Assembly: GCA_965222115.1 (NCBI GenBank)
Contig: CBDCTJ010000007.1
Span: forward strand, 2,304,001 to 2,368,000
DNA length: 64,000 nucleotides
DNA from: Planctomycetota bacterium
Lineage (GTDB): Bacteria > Planctomycetota > PLA2 > JAEUHO01
Direction: 5' to 3'
Below the pieces are notes generated by a model. That model was not told the origin of the DNA and did not search any database. It saw only the letters and a list, made by a program, of their open reading frames with translations. Below are positions 47,946 through 57,999 of this stretch, one piece after another; position 1 is the first letter of the stretch; each line of letters starts with the position of its first letter. The translations under genes and the position numbers were made by a program.

Positions 47946-48320
47946 CTACTTATACGCCCCATCCTTCTTCATCGCGCATGTCTTGCACGCGGGGCCACCG
48001 TTGGCCTTGTGTTCATAGCAGTCTTTGCACGCGGTTTTGTCGCCTTTGATATAGCCAGCACTGCAGGCTTCGCACCATACGCTTTCGCCGGTCTTGCCCT
48101 TGTAGCAACTTTCGCAGCCCGTCTTATTGCCATCGACGTAGCCCACGCCGCAGGCTTCGCACCAAACGTTCTCGCCTTTCTTGCCCTTTGTGCACGTCGC
48201 GCAGGCCTCGGCCTCTTGGGAATCGCCACAGCCTGTAAGGAGTACGACGGCGGGTGCGGCAACGAACAAGGTGGCGACAATGAACAGCTTGGCGGATAGA
48301 AATCGTGTGAGGGTTTTCAT
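47946..48320 (-). CDS. Small Cys-rich lipoprotein with repeated CxxC units
   Basis: GGAG RBS, lipobox LTGC, six CxxC pairs, internal duplication CxxC-x-KGK-x-GE-x-VWCEAC-xx-GY. Confidence 0.75.
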   Translation of the reverse strand: MKTLTRFLSAKLFIVATLFVAAPAVVLLTGCGDSQEAEACATCTKGKKGENVWCEACGVGYVDGNKTGCESCYKGKTGESVWCEACSAGYIKGDKTACKDCYEHKANGGPACKTCAMKKDGAYK

Positions 48321-48459
48321 GGGGGACTCCGGGCGGAACACTTGCGCGTAAGGATTGAAGCAAGCGCGGTTTGCCTACACACCTGGCAACCGACTACCAT
48401 CCCATGACAACGAGCGTCGTGGGTGGGCGTTGAGAGCCCACGAAGGAGTGTTTGCTGCG

Positions 48460-49035
48460 TTACTTGGACGCTGGCGCTTCCGTCTCGGTGTTCAAGTGTT
48501 CTTCCCAAAGACGCTCAATGGCGATTTTTGCCCACGGCGTAAACATGTCGGGATCTGCCTTGGCAGCCGCCGCGCATTGCGATAGCTCCATCCACGCAAT
48601 GGTGTAGGCATAGTCGGGATTGAGTTTGGCATCTTCGTGGGTGATGGTGCACTCAAAGAGTGTGCAGTGTTCATGTTCACTGCCGAGTTCTTCCGTTGCG
48701 TGATAAACGAACGAGAACTTCTCGTAGAGCGGTGCAGCCAAGCCCCACTCCGCGTGCAAGCATCGCCACGCCGCATCAACGAGTGTTTCGGTTTCGTCTC
48801 CGCGTACGAGCGGGTGTGTAGCACCACCGAGGTCCCAATAGCCGTCCCACAGCTCGGCCCGACGTTTGTGAAGCAGCACGAGACCGCGCGCGTCGCGAAT
48901 CGACAACATGATGGCTTGATGCAGCTGGCCGTTGCCTTCGTGGCACGCGGAGCGCTCCTTGACGCCTGTTGGCGAACCGGATTCGTCACAGAGCACGAGC
49001 ATCTGTTCAGGAAACGGATTCTTCTTTTTCGTCAT
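48460..49035 (-). CDS. idi: Isopentenyl-diphosphate delta-isomerase type 1 (NUDIX)
   Basis: CHEGNGQLHQA, THP, EWG, FVYHA, EHEHC, FTPW. Confidence 0.75.
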   Translation of the reverse strand: MTKKKNPFPEQMLVLCDESGSPTGVKERSACHEGNGQLHQAIMLSIRDARGLVLLHKRRAELWDGYWDLGGATHPLVRGDETETLVDAAWRCLHAEWGLAAPLYEKFSFVYHATEELGSEHEHCTLFECTITHEDAKLNPDYAYTIAWMELSQCAAAAKADPDMFTPWAKIAIERLWEEHLNTETEAPASK

Positions 49036-49078
49036 GATGATTCCTACGCGCCATGCGCAACGCATACGCGGGTCGTCG

Positions 49079-50554
49079 TTACGCGTCCCATGCGGGTGGC
49101 AGCAAACGTCGTTTTCCGTCCTCGGTACGTGGGATGTCGTTCGGCACCGGATCCGCGCCGCGCAAGCCAATCTTGTCCCATAGCTTGCACGTCACTTCTT
49201 TGTGGGCCTGGTCGAGTCCCTCGCAATAGTTCGTATAGGTACAGCGCCGAATCTCGGAACCGCGACCGAGGGCCATTTTCCTGAACCAGTCAGGGTCCGC
49301 CAGTGATTGCCGGGCCGCAGCGATCAAATCGGCATGTCCATCCTTGAGTGCTGCCTCAGCCTGGTCAAATGTGCAGATGCCTCCGGCAGCCACTATTGGC
49401 GTTTCATGGCCATCGGCGCGTACCGCATCCCGGACGGCCCGGGCCAGCGGAATATTGCGCCCAAACGGACCTGGCGGACCGATTCGGGTGGTGGGCATGC
49501 ACTCATGCCCGCTTTCACCTGTGTAGGGATAGATGGCGTGACCAACTCGTGGCCGTTTGGCGTCCTCAAATCGCCCGCCCTTGGACAGCGAGAGGAAGTC
49601 CAGCCCAGCGGCAGCAAAGGCCCGCCCATAGGCAACTGCGTCCTCGATGCGGCTGCCGCCCTCAACGACGTCATCGCCAAGGAAGCGAGCACCTACGCAC
49701 ACCTCATGACCCACGCGCTCGCGAACGGCTTGGATGACCTCAAGTGGCAACGCCATTCTCCGTGCCTGCGTGCCGCCATAGTCATCGCTTCGCACATTGG
49801 TGCGACTCAAGAAGGACGACATGGTGTAGGCGTGTGCAAAATGGAGCTCCACGCCGTCAAAGCCTGCCCGAACCGCGCGATCGCTGGCATCGGCAAAGAG
49901 TGTTGGCAGCGTTACCGGCAACGATCGAATATGGGGGAGATGCGTGTCATTGACCGTTTCTCTGTACCCGAAGTGAAGCGCTTCATGCTCGCGCGCGGAG
50001 AGCAGCCCAAGGTGCTCCGCGGGTGTCGCCGCGGCGACCGCGCTCGCCACATCGTCGTCGGATGCCGTTCGCCATCCAGAATCTCTCCGCAAGTTTGCGA
50101 GCTTCCACCGATGTGCGGCGGTGGGTTTGAAGTATCGCTGAAAGTAGGTCTCGGGTTGTGGCCGTCGATTGACCCGCAGAAAATCGATGATCTGGAGGAG
50201 GAATCGCGTTTGACCCTTGCTGGCCTCTTTGACCCGCTCGGTGAGGCGTTTCATGCCCGGAACGAATCGATCATGACCGATGCGTAAAAGCGGCCCGCTG
50301 GGGATGTCGCGAATGCCTGTGGCCTCGGCCACCAGTACGCCCGGCTGCCCAGCCGCGAAACGCGCATACCAGTCGAGGTTTCGATTCGTGACGAAGCCGT
50401 CATTCGTTGCGCGCCACGGGACCATCGCCGGCACCCACGTGCGCGACCTTGCCGTCAGGGGTCCGACTCGAATGGGGCGAAAGAGCCTCGCGCCCTCGGC
50501 TTGCTCAACGCTTGGCCAGCTCGCATCGGGGAGGGGTACCGGCACCCGCGTCAT
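49079..50554 (-). CDS. NADH:flavin oxidoreductase (old yellow enzyme family)
   Basis: LFRPIRVG, AGFDGVELHFAHAY, R.DDYGG, AAGGI, ARQSLADPDW, RCTYTNYC. Confidence 0.85.
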   Translation of the reverse strand: MTRVPVPLPDASWPSVEQAEGARLFRPIRVGPLTARSRTWVPAMVPWRATNDGFVTNRNLDWYARFAAGQPGVLVAEATGIRDIPSGPLLRIGHDRFVPGMKRLTERVKEASKGQTRFLLQIIDFLRVNRRPQPETYFQRYFKPTAAHRWKLANLRRDSGWRTASDDDVASAVAAATPAEHLGLLSAREHEALHFGYRETVNDTHLPHIRSLPVTLPTLFADASDRAVRAGFDGVELHFAHAYTMSSFLSRTNVRSDDYGGTQARRMALPLEVIQAVRERVGHEVCVGARFLGDDVVEGGSRIEDAVAYGRAFAAAGLDFLSLSKGGRFEDAKRPRVGHAIYPYTGESGHECMPTTRIGPPGPFGRNIPLARAVRDAVRADGHETPIVAAGGICTFDQAEAALKDGHADLIAAARQSLADPDWFRKMALGRGSEIRRCTYTNYCEGLDQAHKEVTCKLWDKIGLRGADPVPNDIPRTEDGKRRLLPPAWDA

Positions 50555-50600
50555 TCGGGAATCCTCCGTCTTTGCTGCGTGTCCGCGTTTAATTGGGCCT

Positions 50601-51113
50601 ATGAGGGTCATTCTACTCCGCCACGGCATTGCCTTACCCCAAGACGGTCGAGAGATTCAGAGCGACGCTGCGCGTCCGCTTAGCCCCGAGGGCATTCGCA
50701 AGACGCGGCGTGCGTGCGCCGGGCTCGCGCGGTTGTTGGACGGTCAATCGGTGGCCGTGCTTTCGAGTCCTCTTGTTCGTGCCCGCGAAACGGCCGAACT
50801 GCTTGGCGAAGAGCTTTCCGCCACCACCGACGTGCGCCTAGTGGACGCGCTTGCCATCGGCGAAGACACCGCGGCGGTGCTTACGGAGCCGGAGTTGCAA
50901 GGCGGTTATGACGCGATCGTGTTGGTTGGACATCAGCCCAGCATGAGTGCCCTTGCAAGTTACCTCGTAGCCGGCGATTGGAGTGTGCGAATGGGGTTCA
51001 AAAAGTCGGCGGCATTTTGCGCTTCTTTCATGGGTCGCGCAGTGCCGGGTCGTGGTGAGATGGAATGGTTCCTTCCGCCCAAAGTACTGCGCGGGTACGG
51101 GAAGGGCCGTTGA
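50601..51113 (+). CDS. sixA: Phosphohistidine phosphatase SixA
   Basis: LLRHG, RPLS..G, SSPLVRARETA, LVGHQP. Confidence 0.85.
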   Translation: MRVILLRHGIALPQDGREIQSDAARPLSPEGIRKTRRACAGLARLLDGQSVAVLSSPLVRARETAELLGEELSATTDVRLVDALAIGEDTAAVLTEPELQGGYDAIVLVGHQPSMSALASYLVAGDWSVRMGFKKSAAFCASFMGRAVPGRGEMEWFLPPKVLRGYGKGR

Positions 51114-51300
51114 ACCAAGCCGCTTGAGGTTGTCGATCGAATCGATCGCTTGACAGGGAGCCTACCGACCCATGCCCGTTGCCAGCTCGGTGCACGAAAC
51201 GCGACAACCATGCAAGGATCCATATGTCTGCATGGTTTCAGGGCCTCGAAGGGAGGCGAACGCATCTGCTGGATCTGCGCGCTCCTGGTCTCTTAACCTC

Positions 51301-53451
51301 ATGACTTGGATTGGATTGCTGCTCATGACGTGCATCTTTGCACCCGCTTCAGCCAAGGAACCTGCGAAGGACGAGAGCTTTGCATACCCCGTGACGCCTC
51401 GAACCGACGTACACGATATGTTGCACGGTGAGCGTGTAGATGATCCGTATCGGTGGTTGGAAGACGACGATGCGCCGGAAGTCATCAAGTGGGACAAGGC
51501 GCAAATGAATGTTGTGCGCAGCACGTTGGATGGTGTCGAGGGACGAGATGCGATTGCTGCGCGCATCGAGGAAGAGTTTGCACTCGACGGCATCGCGTCG
51601 CTCCCACGGTTTTCCGATAAGGCACGTTGGTTTCGTCGTCGCCACAAAGGGCAAAATCACGCCGCCCTGTATAGGACCAATCTTGAAGGCACCGAAAAAC
51701 CCCGTGTCGTCTTGGATCCCAACACGTGGAGCAAAGACGGAACCGAAGGACTCGTGTCGTTCGAGGTGTCGCCCGATGGAAAATACGTGGCGTACTTGCG
51801 CGCCCCCAAGGGATCGGAAAACTCTACGCTCTACATTCGCGACGTGGCAACGGGCCGTGACTTGCCCGAACGCATAGGACGCACGAAATTCTCAAACATA
51901 ATTTGGGATCGCGACAGCCGAGGATTCATGTACTCCCGGATGCCCGATCCCGAACTCGTACCCGCGTCCGAAACGCAACACAACCGGCGCATCTATCACC
52001 ACACGCTCGGCGATGTGCCTATTGATGATCCAATCGTTTGGGGTCGCGGGCGCCCGGCATTGGAATCGAGTTGGTGTTATCGAAGCGCCGACCGAAAGCA
52101 CGTGTATGTGTCCCACGGACTCCCGTATCGTGCGATCAATACGGTTGAAATCGAATGGAATGACGGCACGGCTCGTGAAATTCCGATCATGTCCGATGCG
52201 AAGGACCGCACCTACATCGGACGCAGTGGCGACTACTACGTGCTCAACAGTGACCGGCACGATGGGCGCCGAGAGATTTATGTATCGAAGGTCCAAGAAA
52301 ATCGTGAGCCCGGACCGTGGGAGCGCGTTGCGGTTCCCCCCAGTGAGCGCGGTGCCATCGATAACGTGCACATCGTGGCGGGTCGTCACCTGCTTCTGCA
52401 GGCACGAGACAATGTAGTCAGCTCGCTTTGGGTGATCCCGCTAGAGAGCAAAGACGGCACGCGCAAACGTCGCACGATTGCCCTGCCGAGTCCTGGCACC
52501 GTGTCACGCATCGTGACCCGCGAAGGCGACTCCCGCGTGTGGCTTCGTTTTTCTAGTTACAGCACGCCAGATTCCAACTGGGAAGTCGATCTCGACGATG
52601 AACAGCCCACGACGAGACTCGTGGAGCGGCTACCCACCACGATCGACCTCGATCGACTGGTGAGCGAGCGCCGCATCTACAAGAGCAAGGACGGCACCGA
52701 CGTACCGATTTTCCTATTGAGGCTCCAAGACACGCCACTTGACGGAAGTGCGCCGTGTGTGCTCTACGGATACGGCGGCTTTCGCAACAGCATGACGCCC
52801 CGCTTTGGTCGGGCGTCGGCATTGTGGGCCGAGATGGGCGGCATCTGGGCGGTTGCCTGTATTCGAGGGGGGAGCGAGTTTGGCGAGGCGTGGCACGCGG
52901 CCGGTGCTATGGGCAATAAGCAAAATGTTTTTGACGACTTCATTGCTGCCGCCGATTGGCTGGTGAATGAGAACATCTGCACGCGCGATCGACTTGCCAT
53001 TGCGGGGGGGAGCAACGGCGGTTTGCTCACTGCGGTGTGTGTCAATCAGCGTCCCGACCTCTGTCGCGCTGCGATCAGCGCCGTGCCATTGACCGATATG
53101 CTTCGCTATCACAGGTTTCAATTCGCCAAGTCGTGGACGCTTGAATACGGTGATCCCGACAATCCCAAACACGCCCAATGGTTGCGCAAGTACTCGCCCT
53201 ATCACAACGTGAAGGCCGGCACCGCGTATCCCGCCACGCTGCTGACCGCCGGGCTCCATGACGGTCGCGTCAATGCGCTCCACGCGCGTAAGATGGCCGC
53301 CCAGTGGCAGCATGCCACGACCAGTACCCATCGGCCTATCCTCGTACGAATCGATCGTGAGTCGGGGCACGGGGCCGCCTCCATGAAACAGATGCGGGCT
53401 CAACTGTTGGACCGATTGATGTTCCTCAAACGAGAGCTGGGTGTGCGGTGA
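51301..53451 (+). CDS. Prolyl oligopeptidase (S9A)
   Basis: DPYRWLED, YGYGGF, RGGSEFG, GGSNGG nucleophile, D.RV, SGHG; start uncertain (51172-51301). Confidence 0.92.
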   Translation: MTWIGLLLMTCIFAPASAKEPAKDESFAYPVTPRTDVHDMLHGERVDDPYRWLEDDDAPEVIKWDKAQMNVVRSTLDGVEGRDAIAARIEEEFALDGIASLPRFSDKARWFRRRHKGQNHAALYRTNLEGTEKPRVVLDPNTWSKDGTEGLVSFEVSPDGKYVAYLRAPKGSENSTLYIRDVATGRDLPERIGRTKFSNIIWDRDSRGFMYSRMPDPELVPASETQHNRRIYHHTLGDVPIDDPIVWGRGRPALESSWCYRSADRKHVYVSHGLPYRAINTVEIEWNDGTAREIPIMSDAKDRTYIGRSGDYYVLNSDRHDGRREIYVSKVQENREPGPWERVAVPPSERGAIDNVHIVAGRHLLLQARDNVVSSLWVIPLESKDGTRKRRTIALPSPGTVSRIVTREGDSRVWLRFSSYSTPDSNWEVDLDDEQPTTRLVERLPTTIDLDRLVSERRIYKSKDGTDVPIFLLRLQDTPLDGSAPCVLYGYGGFRNSMTPRFGRASALWAEMGGIWAVACIRGGSEFGEAWHAAGAMGNKQNVFDDFIAAADWLVNENICTRDRLAIAGGSNGGLLTAVCVNQRPDLCRAAISAVPLTDMLRYHRFQFAKSWTLEYGDPDNPKHAQWLRKYSPYHNVKAGTAYPATLLTAGLHDGRVNALHARKMAAQWQHATTSTHRPILVRIDRESGHGAASMKQMRAQLLDRLMFLKRELGVR

Positions 53452-53816
53452 TGTCTGAGTCTGGCGCAATGCCTGAGACCGCAACGACGCCGCGTGCGAT
53501 TCGACTGGACGTTGCGGATGACCTGCTCGAAATCGCCTGGGCCGATGATCACGTGTCCACCTACTGCGGCGCGTACCTGCGGTGGATTTGCCCGTGCGCC
53601 GACTGCCGTGGGCACTACAAGGGGCAAAAGCCCGACCTGGCGTGGCGTGCTGTTTCCCACGTGACCGTGAGCCATGTTGAGGCGGTGGGCACCTACGCGC
53701 TCCGATTTGATCTTAGCGATCGCCATGAATCAGGCATCTACAGCTATACGCTCCTGCGCGAGCGATGTCCGTCCACGCGAAATGACCTGGACGTACGCGG
53801 ACGACCCAAGACGTAG
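53451..53816 (+). CDS. DUF971 / gamma-butyrobetaine hydroxylase N-terminal-like protein
   Basis: W.D.H.S.Y...YLR..CPCADC, VGTYAL...SDRHESGIYSY. Confidence 0.85.
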   Translation: MSESGAMPETATTPRAIRLDVADDLLEIAWADDHVSTYCGAYLRWICPCADCRGHYKGQKPDLAWRAVSHVTVSHVEAVGTYALRFDLSDRHESGIYSYTLLRERCPSTRNDLDVRGRPKT

Positions 53817-53977
53817 GCCTCGAAGAGCCCAACAGGAAGCAAACCGCGTCAGCCAATTCGGCCCCGCCTAGTGGGCCCAATTCGTGACCGTCTTTCCGCG
53901 CGGCGGGGTTGATGGTCGATAGTATTCCCATTTCTAGGGCCCCAGCCCTGCACCAGTTCGTCCAACGGAGAAGCACT

Positions 53978-55573
53978 GTGGACCTACAGCTCAACGCAAC
54001 CGCGGTCAAGGGTCTCTCGGCGGTTCATATGAACCTCAGTCGTCCCGAGCTCTACGAGGCCATTGTGACGCGTGGCGAGGCGCAGCTGGCCAAGGGCGGC
54101 GCGATTGCCGCCACGACCGGTGAATACACGGGACGATCCCCCAAAGACAAATACATCGTGTCCACGTCAACCACGGAAAACGTCATTTGGTGGGACGGCA
54201 AAGAAGCGCATCGATTTACTCGCGAGCAATTCGATGCACTTCATAGAAAACAACTCGACTACCTCAAGGGCAAAGAACTTTTCGTGCGTGATTGCTACGC
54301 TGGCGCAGGTGAACAGAATCAAATGCGCGTACGTATTGCAACGGAGCGCGCGTGGCACAACTTGTTTGCGCACAACATGTTTCGGCGAGTGAACGACGCA
54401 GACGTCCTCAAGAATTGGGAGCCTGAGTTTTCGGTGCTTCAGACCCCCGGATTTTCCGCCACGCCCGACGCCGACGACACGCGCTCCGAGGTGTTTGTTG
54501 CGCTCGACTTGGAGCGCCGCCTCGTCATGATCGGCGGCACGCGCTATGCGGGCGAAATCAAGAAGTCGATCTTTACGGCGCTCAATTACCTATTGCCCCT
54601 GAAGGGCGTACTGGGTATGCACTGCTCGGCTAACACGGGAGCCAATGGCGATAGTGCCGTGTTCTTTGGGTTATCGGGCACAGGAAAAACAACGCTCTCG
54701 GCCGATGCATCGCGCGAGTTGATTGGTGATGACGAGCACGGGTGGAGCGATCAGGGCATCTTCAATTTCGAAGGCGGTTGCTACGCCAAAGTGATTCGAT
54801 TGTCACAAGAAGCCGAGCCCGAGATCCATCGCACCACGGGCATGTTCGGCACCATCCTCGAGAACGTTCCGTTCTTCCGAGGCACGCGCATTCCCAACCT
54901 TGACGACGATTCGCTCACCGAGAATACGCGCGCGTCCTATCCGCTGGAGAGCATCGACAACATCGTTGAGTCGGGCACGGGCGGGCACCCCAAGCATGTC
55001 ATTATGCTCACCTGCGATGCGTTTGGCGTGTTGCCACCCGTGGCCATGCTCTCGCCGGAACAGGCGATGTATCACTTCATAAGCGGGTACACGGCCAAAG
55101 TCGCGGGTACCGAGCGGGGCGTCACGGAACCCAAAGCCACGTTCTCCGCATGCTTTGGCGCGCCCTTCATGCCGCTACATCCCGGTCGTTATGCCGAACT
55201 CCTAGGTAAGAAGATCGAAGAACACGGTACCCGTTGCTGGCTGCTCAATACCGGCTGGAGTGGGGGCGCCTATGGCGTTGGATCCCGCATGCCCATACGC
55301 TATTCGCGTGCGCTTTTGAATGCCGCCCTCGCGGGCACCCTCAACGATGTCGAGATGCGCGTCGATCCCACCTTCGGGGTGTCGGTGCCGGTGTCGTGCC
55401 CCGGCGTCCCGGATGAAATCCTCGATCCGCGTAGCGTGTGGGACGACACGTCCGCCTACGACGAAAGGGCCGCCAAGTTGGCGCAGATGTTTCACGAGAA
55501 CTTCAAAGCCTTTGAGGACGGCGTCACGCCTGCAATCCGCAAAGCGGGCCCGCGGGTGGGGGCGGCGGTGTAG
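53978..55573 (+). CDS. pckA: Phosphoenolpyruvate carboxykinase (ATP)
   Basis: TGRSPKDK, YAGEIKK, MHCSAN, GLSGTGKTTLS, LIGDDEHGW, NTGWSGG. Confidence 0.95.
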   Translation: MDLQLNATAVKGLSAVHMNLSRPELYEAIVTRGEAQLAKGGAIAATTGEYTGRSPKDKYIVSTSTTENVIWWDGKEAHRFTREQFDALHRKQLDYLKGKELFVRDCYAGAGEQNQMRVRIATERAWHNLFAHNMFRRVNDADVLKNWEPEFSVLQTPGFSATPDADDTRSEVFVALDLERRLVMIGGTRYAGEIKKSIFTALNYLLPLKGVLGMHCSANTGANGDSAVFFGLSGTGKTTLSADASRELIGDDEHGWSDQGIFNFEGGCYAKVIRLSQEAEPEIHRTTGMFGTILENVPFFRGTRIPNLDDDSLTENTRASYPLESIDNIVESGTGGHPKHVIMLTCDAFGVLPPVAMLSPEQAMYHFISGYTAKVAGTERGVTEPKATFSACFGAPFMPLHPGRYAELLGKKIEEHGTRCWLLNTGWSGGAYGVGSRMPIRYSRALLNAALAGTLNDVEMRVDPTFGVSVPVSCPGVPDEILDPRSVWDDTSAYDERAAKLAQMFHENFKAFEDGVTPAIRKAGPRVGAAV

Positions 55574-55627
55574 CTCGGATCCTTCCGCCGCAATCCGACT
55601 ATTGAATCGCCGAGCGCCGAATTAGCG

Positions 55628-55690
55628 CTTCGCGACCTCGACCGCGTTCGCGCGATGTTGAACGCGCTCGTCCGCCGCTGGAGGGCGTGA
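55628..55690 (+). pseudogene. 3' remnant of a type A four-helix-bundle gene
   Basis: Translates LRDLDRVRAMLNALVRRWRA*, near-identical to the C-termini at 12199 and 42404. Confidence 0.8.
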
Positions 55691-55764
55691 GGCACTCTCA
55701 TTCATTCAGCGATTCTCGAAATTTGGTGCCAGGCGCAGATTGCGTGTGTCATCCAGTAGCGCAC

Positions 55765-55822
55765 TCCCGTTACCCGAAACCCGTTACCCGTTACCCGACA
55801 CCCGCAACCCGTTACCCGGACT
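55765..55822 (+). repeat. Modular motif copy H, left half (heptamer tract), split by the IS
   Basis: (CCCGTTA)n-like tract ending GTTACCCGGA-CT. Confidence 0.85.
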
Positions 55823-56791
55823 TCTATGAAAGGGCCTGGCATGTCAAGTGCGAAGCCGCGTCGGCGAGCGCATTTACCGCGTTGTGCATGTGTAGTTCGG
55901 CCCCTTGAGTGCGCAACTTACCCTTACCGCCCTTGCCTTTTTGGCAGCGGATCGGGGCGAATCAGATTGCCAGTCATCGTCTCTGGCGCCAGAAAACACG
56001 TCCCATTCAGGCTTCTATGCGCACTCGTGTTGGATCGAAGTTGATGCGACCCGGTGCAAGGTGGGGTCCGAGAACGAGTCTGGGTGCTGCATACTCAGTA
56101 GCGACGTCGCTATACGTCGGTCAGGGCACCGCAGTCACCCGGACTTCTATGAAAGGGCCTGGCATGTCAAGTGCGAAGCCGCGTCGGCGAGCGCATTTAC
56201 CGCGTTGTGCATGTGTAGTTCGGCCCCTTGAGTGCGCAACTTACCCTTACCGCCCTTGCCTTTTTGGCAGCGGATCGGGGCGAATCAGATTGCCAGTCAT
56301 CGTCTCTGGCGCCAGAAAACACGTCCCATTCAGGCTTCTATGCGCACTCGTGTTGGATCGAAGTTGATGCGACCCGGTGCAAGGTGGGGTCCGAGAACGA
56401 GTCTGGGTGCTGCATACTCAGTAGCGACGTCGCTATACGTCGGTCAGGGCACCGCAGTCACCCGGACTTCTATGAAAGGGCCTGGCATGTCAAGTGCGAA
56501 GCCGCGTCGGCGAGCGCATTTACCGCGTTGTGCATGTGTAGTTCGGCCCCTTGAGTGCGCAACTTACCCTTACCGCCCTTGCCTTTTTGGCAGCGGATCG
56601 GGGCGAATCAGATTGCCAGTCATCGTCTCTGGCGCCAGAAAACACGTCCCATTCAGGCTTCTATGCGCACTCGTGTTGGATCGAAGTTGATGCGACCCGG
56701 TGCAAGGTGGGGTCCGAGAACGAGTCTGGGTGCTGCATACTCAGTAGCGACGTCGCTATACGTCGGTCAGGGCACCGCAGTCACCCGGACT
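55823..56791. repeat. Three tandem 323-bp copies of the IS right-end non-coding region
   Basis: Units 55823-56145, 56146-56468, 56469-56791; they appear identical (identical spurious ORFs in the track). Confidence 0.92.
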
Positions 56792-56852
56792 CGAATTGGG
56801 GTACGTGGAAACTGACCTTATCTAATGCTTGCCTAAAGCTGTTGCGCGAGGT
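56469..56852 (-). ncRNA. Putative bridge/seek RNA region of the IS1111-type element
   Basis: Inferred from position (non-coding region 3' of the IS1111 transposase) and short matches to target and donor junction; boundaries unknown. Confidence 0.5.
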
Positions 56853-57902
56853 TCAGGCGGCCACTGGGCATCGAACCGGTATGTACTCTTCGCCTGTTCG
56901 CCACAGCGCAAGCATGAGCACGGAGAGCTTGCGTGCCACGGCGATGACTGCCTTGCGTTTCGCAACTGCGCCTCCACGCGCAATGATCCGCTCACCGTGG
57001 GACTTTAGATCGCATGGCGGGCCCAGTCGCCCGAGGATGTGATGCGCGCACTGAACGAGCAACGACCGAACCATACGGTCCCCAGCCTTCGTTATGCGTA
57101 GCTGCTTGTCCATTTGGCCGGATTGATCACGCCGTGGAACCATCCCGAGAAACGCCCCGACATCTCGGCGGTCTTCAAACCGCGCCCAATCTTGAACGGT
57201 TAACATGAATGCGAGTGCCGTGAGATTGCCCACGCCTGGAATCTGAGTGAGCAACTGTGTATCTGGATATCGCTCGTTCGCCAACTCATCGATCTTTGCG
57301 TCGTAGATCTTTACCAACTCAGTGATTCGCTCGATTGCACCGAGAAGGGGACTAAGCACATCGTAGAGCTCCTCCGGAATCTCGGCCCGCGTCTTCGTTC
57401 CGATGCATTTTGATGCCTGCTTACGCAACCGCCCGCCCATGCTCTTAATGACGCCTCGTAGCGAGTTCACCAACTTGGTTCGTGACGACACAAGCGCGGC
57501 TCGTGCACGAATCAGCGCAAGGTCTCGTTGTGCGGACTCCGGTCGATGCCGAATTGGGGCAAGTAGTTGGGGATCGAAGCGACCGATTTCAGCCAACTTC
57601 TTGGCATCCGTTCGATCGGACTTGCGAGTGTTCCTGTAAATAAAGCTTAGCTCTCGCGGATTCGCGACTAGCGACTGAGCACATCGACCTTCGACGACCC
57701 GACTCGCCCAAGGCGAATGCGTTCCCGCCTCCATCACAACTCGAGCGGTTCGGTGCTTCGATAGAAACTCGTGAAACGATTCGCGCGTTGTCGCTATCTC
57801 GCCTTCTTCCTTCTGAACCCCCGTGTCTTGATCTAAGACGCAATACCAAGAGAATCGGTCGCCTAAGTCGATGCCAATCGTTTCGGTGATACGCTTATGC
57901 AT
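56853..57902 (-). CDS. IS110 family transposase/recombinase
   Basis: GIDLG, VMEAG, KSDRTDA (DEDD); IPGVG, LGMVPRRDQSG; AGGAGG RBS before ATG 57902. Confidence 0.95.
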   Translation of the reverse strand: MHKRITETIGIDLGDRFSWYCVLDQDTGVQKEEGEIATTRESFHEFLSKHRTARVVMEAGTHSPWASRVVEGRCAQSLVANPRELSFIYRNTRKSDRTDAKKLAEIGRFDPQLLAPIRHRPESAQRDLALIRARAALVSSRTKLVNSLRGVIKSMGGRLRKQASKCIGTKTRAEIPEELYDVLSPLLGAIERITELVKIYDAKIDELANERYPDTQLLTQIPGVGNLTALAFMLTVQDWARFEDRRDVGAFLGMVPRRDQSGQMDKQLRITKAGDRMVRSLLVQCAHHILGRLGPPCDLKSHGERIIARGGAVAKRKAVIAVARKLSVLMLALWRTGEEYIPVRCPVAA

Positions 57903-57999
57903 GCTGGTAGCTCCTCCTGGGCCGTAGAGCCCGCTTATTGTTTGCAGCACGGTTTACCGTGACTGCGCGACAGAGGAGCTACCGGCCTTTTCATCCCAT

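Noticed and set aside
55823-56791. CRISPR array interpretation of the 323-bp repeats or the hexamer tracts
   Set aside because: No unique spacers and no cas genes; the units are direct tandem copies.
55826-57042. Repeated 108-aa and 152-aa ORFs
   Set aside because: Spurious frames within the triplicated IS non-coding region; no RBS or recognisable domain.
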